Below, piece by piece: positions 57,598-64,000 of a stretch of DNA of 64,000 bases. Under the pieces are notes generated by a model that saw only the letters and a list, made by a program, of their open reading frames with translations, searched no databases and had not been told where the DNA came from. The position numbers were made by a program, and so were the translations under genes. This DNA is from the human T2T-CHM13v2.0 reference genome, Homo sapiens. The stretch lies in NCBI RefSeq assembly GCF_009914755.1, contig NC_060940.1; one strand, given 5' to 3'. Position 1 is the stretch's first letter; each line of letters begins with the position of its first letter.

Positions 57598-57614
57598 GAC
57601 ATCGAAGCTGAAAC

Positions 57615-57862
57615 AACAATAACAACAATTATTATAACAAATTTTATTTAGCCTTCATTATGTATAGACTCTATACTAAGCAACTGACACCTATAACTTT
57701 ATTTAACCTTCACAACCTCCCTATGTATTAGGCACTATTATTATCTCCATTTTAAAGATAAGGAGAATGAGAACCAGAGAAAGTAAATGACTTTAGCACG
57801 TAGTGCCATCAGGACTTAAAGCCAGGCAGTCTGGCTCCTATACAAGTACTTAGCCATCATGC
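57615..57862 (-). mobile_element. MIR
   Basis: tttaaccttcacaacctccctatg...ctattattatctccattttaaagataaggagaatgag...ccaggcagtctggctcc. Confidence 0.85.
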
Positions 57863-57899
57863 TTTTTGGAGCATAACAACTAAGTTATTGATAATCTGG

Positions 57900-58483
57900 T
57901 TAACATTGAAGCCACATTACATATGGCTTTTGCAGGCCTTATGTGCTTTTACCTACAAGGGCCCCTTCCTTTCTAAAAATTATTAAACTTGTATTTTATG
58001 ACTGTAGTGGTATAAAGATAAATATTAAAATTAAAAATATTATGTGTTAAAACATTTTCTTTGACCTAAAAGTTTACTCTTAAAATGAGTTTAAAAGAAA
58101 CCAAGGCCAGGCATGGTGGCTCACGCGTATAATCCCAGCACTTTGGGAGGCCCAGGTGGGCAGATCATTCTAGGTCAGAAGTTCCAGACCAGCCTAGGCA
58201 ACATGGTGAAACCTCATCTCTACGAAAAATACAAAAATTAACCAGGTGTAGTGACATGTGCCTGTATTCCCAGCTACTTGGGAGGCTGAGGTGGGAGGAT
58301 TGCTTGAGCCTGGGAGGTCAAGGCTGCAGTTGGTTGTGACTGCACCATTGTACTCCAGCATGGGTGACAGAGGGAGACCCTGTCTCAAAAAACAAGACCA
58401 AATGAAAACCACTTTCAAGGGCCCTTAAAAATGTTGTGGGCCTGAAGCACTGAGTTACTGTAGATCATGGAGAAGTCAGCCTT
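57900..58483. mobile_element. hAT-Tip100-type DNA transposon split by an Alu
   Basis: gggccccttcct...gggcccttaaaaatgttgtgggcctgaagcactg...aagtcagccttg terminus. Confidence 0.45.
58105..58393 (+). mobile_element. Full-length AluJb
   Basis: ggaggattgcttgagcctgggaggtcaaggctgcag; TSD-like accaa. Confidence 0.93.
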
Positions 58484-58710
58484 GGTTAGCATCACAGATA
58501 AAGCCAAGACCAGAACCTGGGATTACGTGGTCTCATTTCTCATGACAATGGAATCTAGAAAACTATGGTGACAGAGTAAGCGTAATAAACAGGAGATAAG
58601 GAAACAGCTGGTTTCCTTCTCCCTTGTGTTTTTGGAAGACGTCGTGGCTTGGGTCCCTGCCTGCTATTTTAGGACTACAACTCCAGAACTGATGTGGTCT
58701 CCATGGACTT

Positions 58711-58750
58711 TACCTCAATATACTCGGTATATACTCAATATACTCAATAT
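58711..58750 (+). repeat. Short ~9-bp tandem repeat (tactcaata)
   Basis: tacctcaata tactcggta ta tactcaata tactcaata. Confidence 0.7.
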
Positions 58751-59669
58751 GTTCAGGATTCTTGACTGATAATCCTGCCTGTAAGTAATAGAATATTAGA
58801 GATGGTCAGTATTGTCAGAGATAACAAGATCTGCTGCTCACCTAGGATTCTGACTTGTGCTACTGCTTGGGAAGTGATTCTCTGGAAACACAAAGAAAGC
58901 CCAACCAAGCTCCCCAGCCCTCTCTGCTCACAGCAACAAACTGGGGATTCTGTCTTAAACAGAAATATGATTTATCCATTAGAATCTTTCCCCAACCCAG
59001 TGACACTTTGCTTGACCCATTGTTCTTGGAGCTAAAGGACTTGAGGTCACTCTGAGAAGGTGTTGAATCATAAGATTTGGTCCAGACTTGAATATATTTT
59101 GAATAAAAGTAATGAGGGAGAAAATAACTATCTATTTTTAGTTTCCAAATTTTTCCTCAACTCCCATCTGGATATAGGAGAAAGTCAAACATTACAATGT
59201 ATAACTACATTATAGTTTTAGGGTTAATATGTTTTATGATAAAAGTAATCTCAATTAAGGTCTGCTTGAACTGGGTCCCTTTCATGAAAGTCTCTCAGTG
59301 GTAGATAGACAGAATGAGATTTACATGCAGACGTTATCTGAAATTCCCCTCTTTTAAGGGCAGCATGGTTCAAAAGGGACTAGTAACTCATGCTTTTATT
59401 CAGTAAGGAAAATATCGCAGAAATAAAGGATAAAATAGTTTCCTTGTAATTTTTAATTCATCTAAAATCATGTGATTCTAGTGACTTTAGTTCATAAGAC
59501 TCTTGAAAGAGGACAGAGAACCAAATAATATAGTCTTTATAGACTTCATTTGGAAATTAGGTATTATTTACCTTAAAAATGATTGAGAATGTGAATCTAG
59601 GATTCTGCTAAGATTACAGCTAACAAAAGGCACAAAGTAAAGTAAAAAGGGATTGGTAACTGATAAGCA

Positions 59670-59980
59670 AATGATAGATGATTGAGTGGATAGATACATG
59701 AATGGATTAATGAATAGATAGAAAAGCAGATAGATGGATAATACAGATGAATGAATTAATAGAGACACAAATGGATAGACAAGGAGATGACAGATAATAG
59801 AAAGATATTCATAGATCAATACATGGTTAGTAAATGAGTAGCGGGATGCACATGGATGAATAGATGACTTGGAAGCAGAATAAATAGTTGATATATAAAT
59901 GAATATTGGTAGATGAATGAATAGATGCTAGAGATTGATGAATGCAAGGGTGAATTTGGAATGAAATTGCAGATAGATGC
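59670..59980 (+). repeat. Degenerate (TAGA/TGGA/TGAA)n purine-rich simple repeat
   Basis: gatagatgattgagtggatagatacatgaatggatt...tagatggat... Confidence 0.75.
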
Positions 59981-61679
59981 AAGGGTATGACAATATTATG
60001 ATTGTACCCAACTGGAATGGAATACCAATGAAGATAATGACATTTCTTTTCATGGAACTATTTTAAATAGTTTAACTGTTTTAGGAACGTATGGACTGGT
60101 GGCAGAAAATTAGTCAGTCTCGAAGAGCCCTGAAGTTTCATAATAAGTGTCTCAATGATATAAAAAAAATACATGAGTGTGCCATGATTAGGCCACTTCT
60201 GAATCCTCCCTAGTGCCCCATTCTGGCCCATTTGGCCTCTTTAGAACACCATGCAAATGGAGGAGAAAAGTGACTTCACTGGGCAGCCTTTATGCATCCT
60301 TGGTGATACACAAAAGTCATCCCTTTTTGCCTCTTCTTAACTCTGATATTCACATGTACCTTCATCAGTAGACCTACTCGGGAAGGCCTGGTGCTATAAT
60401 TAATCCATGTCACAGGCAGATGTAAGATTGGCAGAATTTATGAGTGGGTTTGAGCTACTGTGATGAGTAGGGGCACCTCAGCCCGTGTGATATAAATTCC
60501 TCTGCTAATTGGATTGCTAGAGCTAATCAGAAGCCAGAAAAGGAATAAAAAAATCAGTGTTCCTGCTGCCGCTGCTGCTGCTGGCTGATAAAGCAGACAG
60601 CTCTTTTCAGGACAGGAGGGCGGGGGGAGCTGGAATTGAATCCTCATGCGGAGGTCTCACTCTAGATAGCTATCTCAAAGGCGACACAGCCCTTCTGTCG
60701 CCAGGCCAGGAGGAGACAGATAGGGCAATGGGAGAAAGGGTGATGTGAGCCCAGAGAGATTGTATTACCAAATTGCAAAAACGGAGTGAATGGGGAGAGA
60801 TGAAAGGAGCCGAGACCAAGACTGGGAGCGGGGACCACCATCCAATGGCCTGAGAGAGCTGGAAGGCTTTTCTGAAATGAGGTACCACTCCCCGGGACAC
60901 AGGTGCATGCCCAGCATCACTGTGGGATATGACTTCAGGAATCTGAGGCCTCATCCCCAAAGCCAAGAGGCGCTTGCAGGAGAAAGCCATCTATATCTTG
61001 TCGTTTAGCTTCACACACTCTTGCGTTCACTTTCCTGAAGACGAGAGAACCGAGGGGACAATGCAAATCCCATTCAATACTAGGGCAAGTGCAATTCAGG
61101 GAGCTTAGCTGAACTGCTCAAGATGTAGGGCAAGTGAGGGAAAAAGACCACGTTTAAAACCTCTCACCTGCTGGAAAACCATCAGCGCATAGCAGCTGAG
61201 AGGGAACGCTCTATCTGTGCTCACTCTTTCTACATTTTGGAAGCAGCGAGGGGGTGATAAGGCAAGTTCGTGTTCATTGTCCTGCATACCTTTTCCTCCA
61301 GGGATCAATAGTTCGTTCCAGCTGAGAGCGTGAAATGTGTCTAACAGGGACACAGGTTAGATCCTGGTGGTCCTTATCTCTACTTTGCTTGTCTAAGTCT
61401 ACGCCACTTCTCCAAGAAGCAAATGTATCCCTAATATTGGGTTTCACCACGCCGAGTGCCCTTCAGTTCTCGTTAAATTCCATTCTTTGTCTCCTGTATT
61501 CTTTTCTCTCTGTGATTACCACTTCTTTGCATATTTCTTCTGGAGCTCTCTACATAGGCTCCAAAGCCCTGCCTTGGAGGTAAATCCTTAGCCTCGATGA
61601 GTAGGCAGCAAGCCCCTCTTGCACACAACAAAGACTTCTATTTTTTTTTCTATCTTTTGGGCGACACGATAAAAAATAA

Positions 61680-62060
61680 CCCTGTATTTATGCAAATTGC
61701 AAAGTAGCGTGTGATAATGAAAACAAAACAGTGCTGGCCCGCAGCCAAGACATGGCGCTGACGGGAGCTCCCCGACCATTTGGCTCTTGATTCTTCGGGG
61801 AAAGCAGCTGTAGAGAAATGAGAATACAGGACCCCCTCCTCACACTCGCACACCCTGGTTCGCACGCATTCCGGTACCCGTCACCTCGGAGCCAGCGAGA
61901 CCTGGGATCCAAATGCGGTTCTGCCTCCTCCGGCCGTGGAGCACTGCAGTGTCGTCCTCCACGAGCCTCCCTGCCCCTGCTCCTGATTCCCTTTCAGGAA
62001 TTTACAAACATTTTCCCCAGATCAATATCCGTATTGATTATTCATTGTGAGTGAGTCGTG
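61680..62060. promoter_or_regulatory. CpG-rich island-like block with octamer motif
   Basis: About 20 CpGs in 61700-62000 outside any repeat; ATGCAAAT 61690-61697. Confidence 0.45.
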
Positions 62061-63762
62061 TGTCTTTGGTGATCCAGCTTGCAGAGGTAGCAGGCAAAGG
62101 CTGCTGCGGGGGAAAAAAATAACAGAAGGCGAGAGGGACCCAGCTCTTGCTGGGTCTGCGGCTGTCGGCAACACAGAAGGGAAGAGAAAAAGAGAAAAGC
62201 ACCTCAAAACCAAGGAATGGACACGGGTGGAAGAGAAAGAGGGAGCAATAGCAAGAAAAAAGGAATCGATGACTGGACATCTGGTCCCAGGGAATCTCGA
62301 TGGCTTGGAGGAAACCCCCATCTTGGGTCTGCTGTTACGTGCAGGACGCAATGGACTTTGCTCTGGGAGTGCAAAGTGACTCACAGTTTTGGTATCTCCT
62401 ACGTAAGAGCTTTGGGGGGATTCCTTGGCTTGCTGACAGGCAAGGAAGACAGCGGCAGCAGTGAGGTAAAACACGATTACTTCCAACTGCCTTGCGGAGG
62501 AGGCGCAGTCGTGCGGTGTGACTTGGACAGCTTGCTGCTCTCTGATGGCACGCGGAGGGAGAATAATTAAAAAGGCCAGCATCACTTACTAAGTGAGTAA
62601 ACACAGAGCCGTTCCAATCGTGCTCTCCAGCTAATGAGAAGCTGTAATTTCTTATACTTCAAGGCAAGATGAGACAGTGATGGGTTCAGTGGAGGGTGTG
62701 TTTGCGTGGATATGGGGGTGGGGGGTAGTGGTGGTGGTAGAGTTAGATCGACTAATTGTTGGCAATGTTTAAGAAAGGGATTACTGGAAAAGACAGTGAA
62801 ATGATGACAGGAAAACATCTTGGACCAGAGCCAAAAAAAAAAAAAAAAAAAATCGAGGCAAATCAAGTCTGCAGCTCGGAGAAAACACCCGTCGCTCCGG
62901 TGGGAAGCTCCGACGGGAATTGCTCGATGTTCCTTAGCCAAGGACGGAATATCGTGTGAGCACAAGGGGACAGAATTAGGGACCACCAGAGTCCAGAGGA
63001 AAGAGCTACGGTATGCCAGGGTATACAGTGATGTCATACATTGAGAAAAAAAATGAAAACCCCAAAACCAGAACAGATCAAACCAAAACAATAAAAACCA
63101 ACCTGTGTCCTTTCCTTTTTATGGGAGGCTTCTGCTTCAGTTTATTAAAAGCAACCCTCAAATGTACCTTCTGATAGCAGGAGCTGCTGATTCTCTGTTT
63201 GTCTGCAGAAGCTGCTGCAGGGTTACTGAAAGACGCTGGAAAAAGGAGGTTGAGGAAATTAAGTTTTCCATTGGTTGGGTTTCTGGCAAACGTGCCAGGC
63301 GATCGTCTGCCATTTGGACAGCCATGGGGGTGCCAGTTTGGGATTCCTCTTCTGTTGTCACCCAGCTTTGGCTTGGTGATTTTAATACAGTGTTCCAAAC
63401 ACACATGACAAAGTGGGGACCTCAAGTAATAAAACGAGCTGGATTTTCTTTCTTTCTGGGTGTTCAGTTAACTGAGCTAAATGGTTCTCTTTCACATGAG
63501 TGGAATTGGGGCTCTTTAAGGATTTCTGGGACTGGAAGGTCACCCTTTTAAGATATCCTCCTTCTTTTCTGATTGAGGTTTTAATTTCACATTGCTTCCT
63601 TATTTAGGACTCCCCAGTACATTCCAAGTTTCCTGAGCAGGAGAAATAGATTTTGCAGAAGTGAGCCACGGAGACCCAAATGAGGAGGAAATAAACCAGC
63701 TGTGGATGACTTGGGCACCCTCCATCGCATGTGTTTGGCATTCATAGAGACCTGTGTCTGCA

Positions 63763-63783
63763 GTGTGTGTGTGTGCGTGTGTG
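63763..63783 (+). repeat. (TG)n microsatellite
   Basis: gtgtgtgtgtgtgcgtgtgtg. Confidence 0.85.
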
Positions 63784-64000
63784 AAGGTATCGTGGCAAAT
63801 GTGTGCTTGTATGAGTGTGGCTCCGTGTCTATGTGTCTCTCCGAGAGGGAGGGAAAGGGAGCGAAGTCAGAACAGGCGGAATGTTTGGGTATTTATGTAA
63901 TTCATGCAGAGAATGTTCAATGCTGCAAGGCAGACAGTCACCCATCCCTGGACTCTGTGGCTGTGGAGGGCCTATACAGACCTGATCTGAATGTTAAATG

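Noticed and set aside
58711-58750. CRISPR-like or other array
   Set aside because: Only a short 9-bp slippage repeat without spacers, in eukaryotic DNA
62022-62585. Longest ORF (187 aa, minus strand)
   Set aside because: No recognisable domain; overlapped by ORFs in other frames, as expected in GC-richer non-coding DNA

Overview
Primate (very probably human) non-coding genomic DNA. About 25 Alu elements or fragments (J, S, Y and monomers) are present, with L1, L2, L3/CR1, MIR, ERVL/MaLR LTRs and DNA-transposon fossils (MER1A, MER94, MADE2, Charlie). I can support no protein-coding exon, RNA gene or CRISPR array. The supplied ORFs are Alu- or L1-derived or chance frames, and I cannot name the locus. 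Several repeat-poor blocks (about 1.75-4.2 kb, 35 kb, 40 kb, 44.8 kb, 56.5 kb and 60-64 kb) retain CpGs and/or carry clustered transcription-factor motifs, consistent with a large intron or regulatory landscape. I found no new multi-gene system. The strongest observations come directly from the sequence: (1) a composite insertion at 6839-6967 built from two nearby templates (an Alu tail plus flank at 4713-4783 and unique sequence at 8701-8734); (2) an L1PB insertion carrying a ~210-nt 3' transduction between perfect 16-bp target-site duplications (TSDs) at 51202-51578; (3) a 110-bp dispersed direct duplication 1750 bp apart; (4) candidate promoters at about 3.0 kb (minus strand), 56.5 kb and 61.7 kb. 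Repeat subfamily names come from recalled consensus features, and the boundaries of old repeats are approximate.
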